A stretch of DNA of 64,000 nucleotides from Verrucomicrobiales bacterium (lineage in GTDB: Bacteria; Verrucomicrobiota; Verrucomicrobiia; Verrucomicrobiales; V1-33): positions 32,001 to 96,000 of the forward strand of contig JANOAV010000083.1 in NCBI GenBank assembly GCA_031411295.1, read 5' to 3'. A program made the translations under genes and the position numbers. Each line of letters opens with the position of its first letter. Positions within the stretch are counted from its first letter, which is position 1. Below the pieces are notes generated by a model. The model did not search any database, was not told the origin of the DNA, and saw only the letters and a program-made list of their open reading frames with translations. This document shows positions 54,109 through 63,086 of this stretch, one piece after another.

Positions 54109-55677
54109 CTACTTCTTCGCCTTCGGTTCCGGCGCAGATTCGTCTGCCTGCGCCTTGCGCGGGCCGGTGCGCGTGGGGATGCCGGTGGTTAACCCAATGT
54201 ATTCAGTGATGCGCGGGTGGATGACGACCACGCCCTTTCCGGTGATGACATACTCGCGGATATCTTTGCTGTGGTTGCCTCCGCGCATTTTGATCACGAC
54301 CATCACCTTGCGAAGCTGGCCATCAATTTCGACGTAACGCATTCGGATGATGTCATCGGTCAGGAACGAGACGGTATAGTTGCTGAAGGAAAAGGCGTCA
54401 AAGGTGTCCTCCGTTTCGACTGTGCTGAGAATCGTGACCCCGGCACCCGTCAGCGCCATGATCATGCGGTAGAGCGACTCGCGGAAGTCCGTGCGGAAGC
54501 CGGGCGCCAGCGCCATCTCAAAACCGATCAGCGAATCGATCACCAACCGCTTCGCGCCCACCCTTTCGACGGCATCGAGGATCTCCTGCATGGTTTCATC
54601 CACTGAAAGATCGAGCGGGCGCAGGTATAGGATTTCCAGCTTTCCCTTTTGCTGCGGCGCTTTGAGTTTCAAGCCAAAACTATCCGCGCGGGCGGTGTAG
54701 CCTTTCGGGCGCTCTTCAAAGATCGCCATGATGGCCGCTTCCCCCTGGCGGATTCCTTCGGCGATGAATTGCGTGGCCAACGCCGATTTGCCCGTCCCCG
54801 ATGGCCCTGCGATGAGGAGACTGTCCCCTTCAAAAATGCCCCCGCCCAGCATCTCGTCCAGCGCGGGAATGCCCATGGAAAGCCGCGGACGCCGCGCCGG
54901 TTTCTCCTTTTGGCGGACCAATCCCAAGGTGCGGGAGAAGGCCTGCAACCCGGCGTCGCTGATGCGGAGCGTGTGTAATCCCGGCACGGAGGCCACGCCG
55001 CGCAGTTTCACGATCTGCAATTTGCGCACCACGGAATTTCGCTCCGCCACCTGCGACAGCCAGATGAGACTGTCGGCGATGGTGAAGAGCGGATTGTCGC
55101 GGACTTCCACCGGGTCATATTCGCCAACGAGGAACGTGGTGGCCTGCCAACTGGTGAGAAACTGGGCGAGCCGCTGGATGAAGGACTGCATCTCCAGCTC
55201 GCTCGCGCCGCCGCTCTTCGTGCGCACCACAGTGCGGAAGGAATCCACCACCACGACACCCGGACTGGTAGCGGTGACCTGCTTGATGATCTCTGCCAGC
55301 ACAGCGTCCAGATCCTGATTCAACACCACATCGGACAAGTTGATGAAGCGGACGGCCTTCCCCAGCTTGGCTTCGTCAAAGAAGGAATACTGCTGCTGGT
55401 AGCGCAGCATCTTCAGCGCGGGCTCGCCAAGCACGGTGAAATAGAGCGCGGGGTTCTCCGCCGTGGCATTGGCGAAGACGACCTGATGCGCCAGCGTGGT
55501 CTTGCCGCAGCCCGGTGTGCCCGCGATGATGTTAAAGGAATACTCCGGGATGCCGCCGCCCAGGATGTCATCGAGGCCGCGCACGCCGCTCGGCAGTTTG
55601 CGGATCACAACTTTACCCGGCGGGCTCACGGCCTTCTTCGGCAGTTTGTGTTTCACTGCGTCATGGTTCTTTTTCAT
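54109..55677 (-). CDS. KaiC-like double-domain RecA-superfamily ATPase (COG0467-type)
   Basis: Two Walker A motifs (GTPGCGKT, GPSGTGKS), VVVDS/LVIDS Walker B, KLRG/KMRG. Confidence 0.9.
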   Translation of the reverse strand: MKKNHDAVKHKLPKKAVSPPGKVVIRKLPSGVRGLDDILGGGIPEYSFNIIAGTPGCGKTTLAHQVVFANATAENPALYFTVLGEPALKMLRYQQQYSFFDEAKLGKAVRFINLSDVVLNQDLDAVLAEIIKQVTATSPGVVVVDSFRTVVRTKSGGASELEMQSFIQRLAQFLTSWQATTFLVGEYDPVEVRDNPLFTIADSLIWLSQVAERNSVVRKLQIVKLRGVASVPGLHTLRISDAGLQAFSRTLGLVRQKEKPARRPRLSMGIPALDEMLGGGIFEGDSLLIAGPSGTGKSALATQFIAEGIRQGEAAIMAIFEERPKGYTARADSFGLKLKAPQQKGKLEILYLRPLDLSVDETMQEILDAVERVGAKRLVIDSLIGFEMALAPGFRTDFRESLYRMIMALTGAGVTILSTVETEDTFDAFSFSNYTVSFLTDDIIRMRYVEIDGQLRKVMVVIKMRGGNHSKDIREYVITGKGVVVIHPRITEYIGLTTGIPTRTGPRKAQADESAPEPKAKK

Positions 55678-56117
55678 GGTTTGTCTGCTGCCTTTGAAGT
55701 TAAGTCGTTTTTTCGTTGGGGGAGGTCTGGCCAGACCTCGCGCACCAACCGCTGCACTAAAGATTCGCCAATGAAGGCCACCAGCAGCCCCAGCAATTGG
55801 GCGACGAGAACCACCCGGCCCTCGGCAAGCTCGGCCGGGGCAGCTTGCGCCGCCATTTTCTCCAACCCGGCCCTAGTTTCCGTAGGTTTGACCTGCACCG
55901 TGCGCAGCCAGGGAACTTCCGGGCTGGCCAACACTAGCGCCCGCGCCAGCAGCGCGTTAAAGCCGACGTCGCCCATGAGGGTGGACAAGGGCGGGCGTAG
56001 AGCTTCGACGACCTGAAAGACCGCGGGGCGGTTGGTCCCGGCAGACTGGGTTCCCCGCGTCGCATGGGCGATGAGACGTGCGGCGAAATCTCGCATGACT
56101 GGATTGACTTGGCTCAT
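55674..56117 (-). CDS. Hypothetical protein coupled to the KaiC-like ATPase gene
   Basis: ATGA overlap; LSTLMGDVGFNALLARAL...LLVAFIGESLVQRLVREVWP. Confidence 0.75.
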   Translation of the reverse strand: MSQVNPVMRDFAARLIAHATRGTQSAGTNRPAVFQVVEALRPPLSTLMGDVGFNALLARALVLASPEVPWLRTVQVKPTETRAGLEKMAAQAAPAELAEGRVVLVAQLLGLLVAFIGESLVQRLVREVWPDLPQRKNDLTSKAADKP

Positions 56118-56360
56118 GTGGAACTCCCGGGGGCGCACGTCTCCAGTGAGTGGTTTTTCACCACCTGCAATCCGCCGCCGATCAATCCCGAATCATCAGG
56201 GTTTAGGTTCAAGGGGATGATTTGAGAGGGTGGTTCACGTGGGGCTTGGTGGTGTTTTCGGTGGTTGACTGTCCACTGATGCGTCATCCAATATTAGATT
56301 GTAGGATACAAGCAGTGAGTGGGAAAGCGCAAGGATCTTCTTTGGGTGCGTCCTCAGCAC

Positions 56361-56499
56361 AACGGCGGATTTTTGCACGGAGGTGGTAACGCGCTGCTGC
56401 GCGTGTCTGAAAGGGAAAGTCCAATGACGCGCAGCAGCGCGTCACCACCGCATGATCTGTTGATAATCAAAAACTTACACCGTGCAAAAATCCGCCCTG
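56361..56499. mobile_element. Probable MITE (139 bp)
   Basis: 17-bp perfect inverted repeats at 56364-56380 and 56480-56496; flanking 9-bp direct repeats CCTCAGCAC; internal 23-bp stem. Confidence 0.65.
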
Positions 56500-56501
56500 C
56501 C

Positions 56502-57137
56502 TCAGCACGAAGCACCGGCCAGAGTCAGTGGCAGGGTCACGGTTAAAATGGTGCCACTCACAACGCCCACCCAAACGCCACCGAGCCGTGCCAGAAGGGC
56601 CGCGAGTTCCTCCTGCACGCCGACCTCCATCAATGGCTGGTCCCTTTCCGCGTCGTCCGTGTGCTGCATCTGGAAGCAGGCACAGCCGTCGCTGGCTGAC
56701 ACCTTGATGGTGCCGCCACCGTGCGCAAACCAATGGTCCGCGATCTCCACGACGAGCACACTGATTGCCTCCGGGGCCGCATGGAGCCAAGCCTCCGTCC
56801 CATCGAAGGACCAGACGATCTCGATCTCCGCTGAGGCGATGCGCGGGCGGGACCGGCACTGCTCAACACATGCACTCAGAGTGACTGCTGTGGCTGGCGG
56901 CGTCCTAAACCGCAGCCCGAGGCGCAACTGCATCTCGACGATGCAAGCGACCTGTTTGCGCACGATAGCGAGACGCGGGCCTTCTTCCGCCATGCCCGCG
57001 CTGCGTTGGAGGACCATAGTTTGCAGATCAATGGCTGACAAACAATTCCCCAGATCATGGGAATAGCGGCGCATGTAACTCTGACACGCGCCCGACTGAG
57101 CATCTAAGGGCACTTGGTTTTTGGGAGGTGGTGACAT
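56502..57137 (-). CDS. ChpT-like histidine phosphotransferase / degenerate histidine kinase
   Basis: H-box RRYSHDLGNCLSAI; CA-like half lacks N-box Asn and G-boxes (VEIADHWFAHGGGTIKV...LGGVW...LTVTLP). Confidence 0.55.
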   Translation of the reverse strand: MSPPPKNQVPLDAQSGACQSYMRRYSHDLGNCLSAIDLQTMVLQRSAGMAEEGPRLAIVRKQVACIVEMQLRLGLRFRTPPATAVTLSACVEQCRSRPRIASAEIEIVWSFDGTEAWLHAAPEAISVLVVEIADHWFAHGGGTIKVSASDGCACFQMQHTDDAERDQPLMEVGVQEELAALLARLGGVWVGVVSGTILTVTLPLTLAGASC

Positions 57138-57174
57138 GAGCGGGCTTGAGCGGGCTTGAGCGGGCTTGAGCGGG
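57138..57174. repeat. Tandem repeat GAGCGGGCTT x3.7
   Basis: Directly read; abuts the ATG at 57137 on the minus strand. Confidence 0.9.
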
Positions 57175-57306
57175 TGAGGGGAAATTTCAAAATGAATTTT
57201 GCTCCTGGTGTCAGCATGGCTGTGTAGTGCCGCTGACGCAAACCTTATTTTAAGCAAGACGCAGGGCTGACATTCCACACTAACATAACATCCGTTCTCT
57301 CTCAAA

Positions 57307-57323
57307 CCAGGGTTTCACCCCAT
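57307..57323 (+). promoter_or_regulatory. Regulon box CCAGGGTTTCACCCCAT
   Basis: Recurrent motif upstream of catalase; TAAATG at 57346. Confidence 0.7.
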
Positions 57324-57390
57324 AGGCATCTGCCTGGTTCTCCGCTAAATGTATGTCCGCTCCACCTGCACCAACACCGACATCATCGAC

Positions 57391-59571
57391 ATGAAACGAC
57401 ACACCCTCACCATCCTCCTCGCAGCATCCATGCTCGTTGGCAGCGCAGGCTTAGCTTCTGCGGAAGATCCTTCACCACCCACCCAAGACACCACTATGCC
57501 AAAGAAACCTGCTCCAAACGCTGCCACCACCACGGCTGAAACCCACCAGAGCACCGCTGATCTGAAGCAAACGCTAACCACAAACCATGGTGTGCCGATT
57601 TCGGACAATCAAAACTCGCTGAAGGCGGGGGGGCGGGGGCCGACCTTGATCGAGGACTTTGTGCTTCGCGAAAAGATCACTCACTTTGACCACGAACGCA
57701 TCCCGGAGCGCATCGTTCATGCGCGTGGATCAGGCGCACATGGATACTTTCAGGTTTATAAATCGCTCAAGGAAATCACGAAGGCAGCGTTTCTGCAAGA
57801 CCCCGATGTGAAGACCGAAGTGTTCGTTCGTTTCTCAACTGTGGCGGGTGGCGCAGGATCGGGAGATTTGCCGCGCGATGTGCGTGGGTTTGCGGTGAAG
57901 TTCTATACCTCCGAGGGCAACTACGATCTCGTCGGCAACAACATCCCGGTCTTTTTCATTCAAGACGCGATGAAGTTCCCTGACCTGGTTCACGCAGTGA
58001 AGATGGAACCAGACCGCGGATTCCCGCAGGCGGCTTCAGCTCATGATAACTTTTGGGACTTCGTGTCCTTGACGCCAGAAGCCTGCCACATGCTGATGTG
58101 GGTGATGTCGGATCGTGCCATTCCGCGTTCGCTGCGGATGATCGAGGGTTTCGGCGTGCATACGTTCAGGCTCATTGATGCGGCGGGCACGTCGCGTTTT
58201 GTGAAGTTTCATTGGCGTCCAAAACTAGGCGCACAGTCGGTGCTGTGGGATGAGGCTGTGAAGATCAATGGCGCAGATTCCGACTTCCATCGGCGTGATC
58301 TTTGGGAGGCAATCGAGCGTGGTGATTTCCCAGAGTGGGAGCTGGCGCTGCAAGTCTTTGATCAAGCCACAGCGGATAAGTTTGACTTCGATATCCTGGA
58401 TCCCACAAAGCTCATCCCAGAGGAAATCATCCCGCTGCGCATCGTCGGTAAGTTGGTGCTCAATCGTAACCCTGACAACTTTTTTGCCGAAACCGAACAG
58501 GTGGCTTTTCTACCGACTAACATTGTTCCGGGCATCGATTTTTCAAACGATCCGCTGCTGCAAGGTCGGCTGCATTCCTATCAGGATACGCAACTCAGCA
58601 GACTGGGAGGCCCCAACTTCCACCAGATTCCCGTCAACGCTCCGAAGGGTTGCCCGATGCAGAATTTCCAACGCGATGGCTTGCGTCAGATGCAAGTGCC
58701 TAAGGGACGGGTGAACTACGAGCCGAACTCGGTGGATGGCACGCCCAGAGAGAATCCCACGCGCGGCTTCATTAGCTATGCTGAACCCATGGATGGCGTT
58801 AAAGAGCGGAAGCGCTCGGAGACATTTGGGGATCATTACTCGCAAGCGCGCATGTTCTACCACTCGATGCTGCCGCCGGAGCAGCAACACATCATCAGTG
58901 CGTTCGCCTTTGAGCTGGCGCATGTGGAGCGCAAGGAAATCCGCCTGCGGATGCTAGGCCACCTAGCAAACATCGACGCTACACTGCATGATCAGGTAGC
59001 GGCTGCACTGGGCATGAAGGAGCAGGCGGAGAAAATCACGCCCGCCATAGCACCGCGTGATCTACCACCATCCCCAGCGCTAAGCATCATGGCCAAGGCC
59101 AAGCCAACGCTGCAAGGCCGCAAGATAGGGGTGTTAGTCACTGACGGCTTCGACCCCAACTTGCTGAAGCAACTGCGCACCAATGCAAAAGCCGAGCAGC
59201 CCGTGCTGGCGGTGATAGCACCGAAAGTCGGCGGCGTGAAGGACGCGACAGGCGAGTTAGTTGAAGCGGATTTTCCGCTCTCTTCCGCGCCTTCGACTTT
59301 CTTCGATGCCGTTGTCATTCTAGCCTCTGAAGCCGGTGCCAATGATCTGGCCACACAAGCTGCCGCCGTGGGCTGGGTAAGCGATGCCTACGCGCATTTG
59401 AAAGTGCTGGGTCACACGTCTGGTGCCCAGGTCTTGCTAGATCGCGCGGGTTTCCGGCCAGACGCAGGCCTGATCCCACTGACAAACGAGAAAGCCATCA
59501 GCACATTCATCAAAGCCGCCAAAGCAGGCCGCATCTGGGAGCGTGAGCCATCACTGCGACGTCCAGGCTAA
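57391..59571 (+). CDS. katE: Large-subunit catalase (HPII type) with C-terminal DJ-1/GAT-like domain
   Basis: [42 protein letters not shown]. Confidence 0.95.
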   Translation: MKRHTLTILLAASMLVGSAGLASAEDPSPPTQDTTMPKKPAPNAATTTAETHQSTADLKQTLTTNHGVPISDNQNSLKAGGRGPTLIEDFVLREKITHFDHERIPERIVHARGSGAHGYFQVYKSLKEITKAAFLQDPDVKTEVFVRFSTVAGGAGSGDLPRDVRGFAVKFYTSEGNYDLVGNNIPVFFIQDAMKFPDLVHAVKMEPDRGFPQAASAHDNFWDFVSLTPEACHMLMWVMSDRAIPRSLRMIEGFGVHTFRLIDAAGTSRFVKFHWRPKLGAQSVLWDEAVKINGADSDFHRRDLWEAIERGDFPEWELALQVFDQATADKFDFDILDPTKLIPEEIIPLRIVGKLVLNRNPDNFFAETEQVAFLPTNIVPGIDFSNDPLLQGRLHSYQDTQLSRLGGPNFHQIPVNAPKGCPMQNFQRDGLRQMQVPKGRVNYEPNSVDGTPRENPTRGFISYAEPMDGVKERKRSETFGDHYSQARMFYHSMLPPEQQHIISAFAFELAHVERKEIRLRMLGHLANIDATLHDQVAAALGMKEQAEKITPAIAPRDLPPSPALSIMAKAKPTLQGRKIGVLVTDGFDPNLLKQLRTNAKAEQPVLAVIAPKVGGVKDATGELVEADFPLSSAPSTFFDAVVILASEAGANDLATQAAAVGWVSDAYAHLKVLGHTSGAQVLLDRAGFRPDAGLIPLTNEKAISTFIKAAKAGRIWEREPSLRRPG

Positions 59572-59736
59572 ACATGCTACAACATCACGTGCACCCCGAG
59601 CAAGGGGAATTCTGGGACAACGAAGGAACTTATAAACGGCAGTTCATTTTACAAGAAGCAAAGGCAATGGTGACGAGCCTCCCAAAAGACGTCAAGGAAG
59701 GTGAGCAGCATGGTTCTGTGCGCATCTAAGTCTCGC

Positions 59737-60939
59737 ATGAACCTAACCTCGAGCCATCCCTTCTGGTCCGTCAAAAACGGCCTCCCAGCAAACTATCCGT
59801 CTCTGCAACGCGATGTTTCTTGTGATGTCATCGTCATCGGCGGCGGCATCACCGGAGCGCTGGTGGCCATGCATTTGGTGGAGGCTGGAGTGACGACTCT
59901 GGTCATCGACAAGCGTGATATCGGCACTGGCAGCACCAGCGCCAGCACGGCTATGTTGCAATACGAGATCGATGTTCCATTGCGCGAGTTGATCAAGAAG
60001 GTCGGCCCTGCGGCGGCCACGCGCAGTTACCAGCTCTGTCTTGAGGCGATCAGTAAAGTGGGCCAACTGGCAGAGCGCTTGAAGATCGAGTGTGGCTTCG
60101 AATACAAGCCCAGCCTGTTCTTGGCGCGTTATCAACGTGAGGTCGCTGAATTCCGTGAGGAATATGAGCTACGCAAAGGCATGGGTCTTGAATTGGAGTT
60201 TCTTGAGGAAACGGAGGTCCAAGCGCGATTCCCCTTCACACGGCCTGCGGCGTTGTATTCCAAGGCCGGTGGTCAGGTCGATCCACACTTGCTAACGCAC
60301 GGCCTGCTCGCTGCGGGAATGAACATGGGACTCGAGGTGTGCGACCGCACGGAGATGGCGAAGCTAGAGCACACTCGGAAAGGCGTTAGAGTGATCACTC
60401 AGCAAGGTCACACGATTACGGCCCGCCGGGTTGTGCTCGCAACTGGATTCGAATCAAAGCAGCTCCTGCACGCTGAGGCAGGAACCTTGAAGAGCACTTA
60501 CGCTCTGATCAGTGAACCCATGCCTGCCGTGCCAGGCTGGGATCGTGAGTGCCTCATCTGGGACAGCGGAATGCCCTATCTCTACCTGCGCACAACGCCT
60601 GATGGACGGGTGATCGTTGGTGGTGAGGACGAAGATTTTGTGAACGCAAAGCATCGGGATGTATTGATCTCTGCCAAGAGCCGGACCTTGGTGAAGAAAT
60701 TCAACAAGCTCTTTCCTGACGTAAGTCTGGAGGTGGCCTACACGTGGGCTGGCACCTTTGGCGAGACCAAGGACGGACTACCTTACATCGGAGTTCATCT
60801 GCGCCATCCCCATGCCTATTTCGCACTTGGATATGGAGGCAATGGCATCACCTTCAGCGTCATTGCCGCTGAAATCATTCGTGACCTGTTTCTAGGGCGT
60901 GAGAATGACGTTGCGCAAATCTTTCGCTTTGCTCGGTGA
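59737..60939 (+). CDS. FAD-dependent oxidoreductase (DAO/DadA family)
   Basis: VIGGGITG, STSASTA, DGLPYIG, GYGGNGITF. Confidence 0.88.
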   Translation: MNLTSSHPFWSVKNGLPANYPSLQRDVSCDVIVIGGGITGALVAMHLVEAGVTTLVIDKRDIGTGSTSASTAMLQYEIDVPLRELIKKVGPAAATRSYQLCLEAISKVGQLAERLKIECGFEYKPSLFLARYQREVAEFREEYELRKGMGLELEFLEETEVQARFPFTRPAALYSKAGGQVDPHLLTHGLLAAGMNMGLEVCDRTEMAKLEHTRKGVRVITQQGHTITARRVVLATGFESKQLLHAEAGTLKSTYALISEPMPAVPGWDRECLIWDSGMPYLYLRTTPDGRVIVGGEDEDFVNAKHRDVLISAKSRTLVKKFNKLFPDVSLEVAYTWAGTFGETKDGLPYIGVHLRHPHAYFALGYGGNGITFSVIAAEIIRDLFLGRENDVAQIFRFAR

Positions 60940-60980
60940 GACAATCGGACGTTGCCGGAGAGACGCTAAATGGCGCTTAA

Positions 60981-60997
60981 CTAGGGTTTTACCCCAT
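60981..60997 (+). promoter_or_regulatory. Regulon box CTAGGGTTTTACCCCAT, -10-like TATGGT at 61020
   Basis: Recurrent motif upstream of DUF4142-BON gene. Confidence 0.78.
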
Positions 60998-61075
60998 TTA
61001 GAAATATTAATTAATTGCATATGGTAATCGCGACGACTTTTCGTCACTTAACATCATCCCTAATAGTAAAATATC

Positions 61076-61930
61076 ATGAAAATGCAATTAATTAAAAACC
61101 TTGCAACAAGTATGGCATGCCTTGGCTCCCTGCTTTATGCGCCTGTCACACACGCCGCAGATCCAGTTCCCCTGGAGCAAAACGACACTAGCTTCGTTCA
61201 GAAAGCCGCCCAATCTGGGATGGCGGAAGTAAAAATGGCAAAGCTGGGCGCAGAAAAGGCCACCAATGCCGATGTGAAGATCTTCGCAGAAATGTTGGTC
61301 ACTGATCATTCTAAGGTCAACGAACAACTCAAGGAACTCGCTGCCACAAAAGAGGTGAAACTCAGCATGGAACCAGACCCAGCGCATGAGGCCACTTGTA
61401 AGAAATTAGAAGACGTCAGTTCCGCTGATTTTGACAAAGCATTTCTCGCCACCATGATTAAAGGCCACAAAAAAGGCATCAGCAGCTACGAGGCTGCCGC
61501 CAAGGAGTGCCATGACGCGGACGTGAAAGCCTTCGCAACGAAGACACTCCCAGCACTGAAGGGCCACTTAGCCAAGGCCCAAAAACTCAATGGCGAATCT
61601 CCCGAAGAAAAGACGGCCACTACCGCCGGAGCTGACAACACGGGCATCAATGCCCGTGATCGCGATAACAAGAAAATGACTCCGATTGATCAAGGAAATA
61701 ACGAAGTGGACATCCAATCCACCGCCCAAATCCGCAAGGAAGTGGTAGCGCTGGATAATATCTCAGCCACCGCTAAAAACGTAAAAATTATCACTAACAA
61801 TGGCCACGTAACCCTACGCGGCCCGGTCAATAACGCGGACGAGAAAAAGATCATCTGTGACATCGCAGTGCGCGTCGCCAGCAAGGAGCATGTCACTGAT
61901 GAGCTCGAAGTAAAGCCAGCCGATAAATAA
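61076..61930 (+). CDS. Exported DUF4142 plus BON domain protein
   Basis: Signal peptide; DUF4142 motifs; DNTGINARDR, AKNVKIITNNGHVTLRGPV (BON). Confidence 0.85.
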   Translation: MKMQLIKNLATSMACLGSLLYAPVTHAADPVPLEQNDTSFVQKAAQSGMAEVKMAKLGAEKATNADVKIFAEMLVTDHSKVNEQLKELAATKEVKLSMEPDPAHEATCKKLEDVSSADFDKAFLATMIKGHKKGISSYEAAAKECHDADVKAFATKTLPALKGHLAKAQKLNGESPEEKTATTAGADNTGINARDRDNKKMTPIDQGNNEVDIQSTAQIRKEVVALDNISATAKNVKIITNNGHVTLRGPVNNADEKKIICDIAVRVASKEHVTDELEVKPADK

Positions 61931-61986
61931 TTTGATGTTCACAAAGACATCGAAGCAAACAACAAAAAACAAAACACAACCCTATT

Positions 61987-62586
61987 ATGTCAAACAAATC
62001 TGTATTCTGTATCGCCTCATCCCGCAGCCAAGCGGACAACATCGTATCGCATCTGAAATCAGCAAATTTCTCCAATGATGACATTTCAGCATTGTTCGCT
62101 GATGAGCACAGCACTCATGACTTCGCACATGAGAAAAACACGAAAGCGCCTGAGGGCATCGCCACGGGCGCTGGAACCGGCGGAGTCGTCGGCGGAGCCC
62201 TGGGATGGATTGCCGGAATCGGCGCATTAGCCATTCCGGGTGTAGGGCCATTCATTGCTGCAGGCCCCATTATGGCAGCGTTAGGTGGTGCCGCCATTGG
62301 CGCTACCGTGGGTGGCGTCGCAGGCGGCCTGATTGGACTCGGCATTCCTGAACTGGAAGCCAAGCGCTATGAGGATAAACTCCAGGAAGGAAACGTGCTG
62401 ATCTCCGTGCATACGGACAGTTCAGATGAAATCAAACGCGCCAAGGAGATCTTCTCCAATTCAGGCGGAAGTGACATCTGCACCACAGATGAATCCACAG
62501 CCCCAAGGCGCGATAAGTCGGATGAAAGAAATGATTCCAGTATCCGGGAGCGTGGCACCTATGTTGGTGCTGTAGCGGACGAATAG
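61987..62586 (+). CDS. General stress membrane-associated protein with glycine-zipper hairpin
   Basis: HEKNTKAPEG, IPGVGPFIAAGP, GIPELEAKRYE. Confidence 0.8.
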   Translation: MSNKSVFCIASSRSQADNIVSHLKSANFSNDDISALFADEHSTHDFAHEKNTKAPEGIATGAGTGGVVGGALGWIAGIGALAIPGVGPFIAAGPIMAALGGAAIGATVGGVAGGLIGLGIPELEAKRYEDKLQEGNVLISVHTDSSDEIKRAKEIFSNSGGSDICTTDESTAPRRDKSDERNDSSIRERGTYVGAVADE

Positions 62587-62618
62587 ACTTTTCAGTTTCC
62601 AGTCGAAAGATCCAAACT

Positions 62619-62655
62619 ACAGCCCGCAGTGAAATATTTCACTGCGGGCTGTTTT
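62619..62655 (+). terminator. Intrinsic terminator (34-bp perfect palindrome plus T tail)
   Basis: ACAGCCCGCAGTGAAAT|ATTTCACTGCGGGCTGT then TTT. Confidence 0.8.
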
Positions 62656-63086
62656 GTGACTTCACCAACGCTAGAAATCAAGCCTGCGTTCTGATAGCCA
62701 TTGGATGGTCCGGGGACGATGCAGGTCCGCAACGAGCCAAGCAATTTCATCTTGCACGTCAAGCTCCATGGGAGGCAGGGTTTGGGGCGAATGCGCGGCA
62801 AAATCCCGATACAAATGAAGGCCTCTATTACCCTCGCATGGACAACCATTGATGATGCCACCACAATGGGCAAAACGACAACGCTCTGCTTGGTGGGGAA
62901 ACTATGCGGTAGGTGTTGGTCGGGCGTGAAGTGGATTAGTGAATGGCAGTGTAGGAGAGCTTCCCTGCTCCGGCCAATGATACTTCAATGGAGGAGATTG
63001 GAGGCTGGTCGTGGCAGTCGGACGCCGACACGATCCGCTCCCACAAAAAGCGCCGCATGCCACGCGACGCCCACATGGCTCTCGCA

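Noticed and set aside
54109..55677. True circadian clock kaiC
   Set aside because: No kaiA/kaiB in the window, the ST phosphosite pair is not intact, and the context is a kinase operon.
4847..60997. The recurrent box as a CRISPR repeat, REP or IS end
   Set aside because: Copies are dispersed, degenerate and gene-oriented with fixed -10 spacing; no spacers, target duplications or cas/transposase genes.
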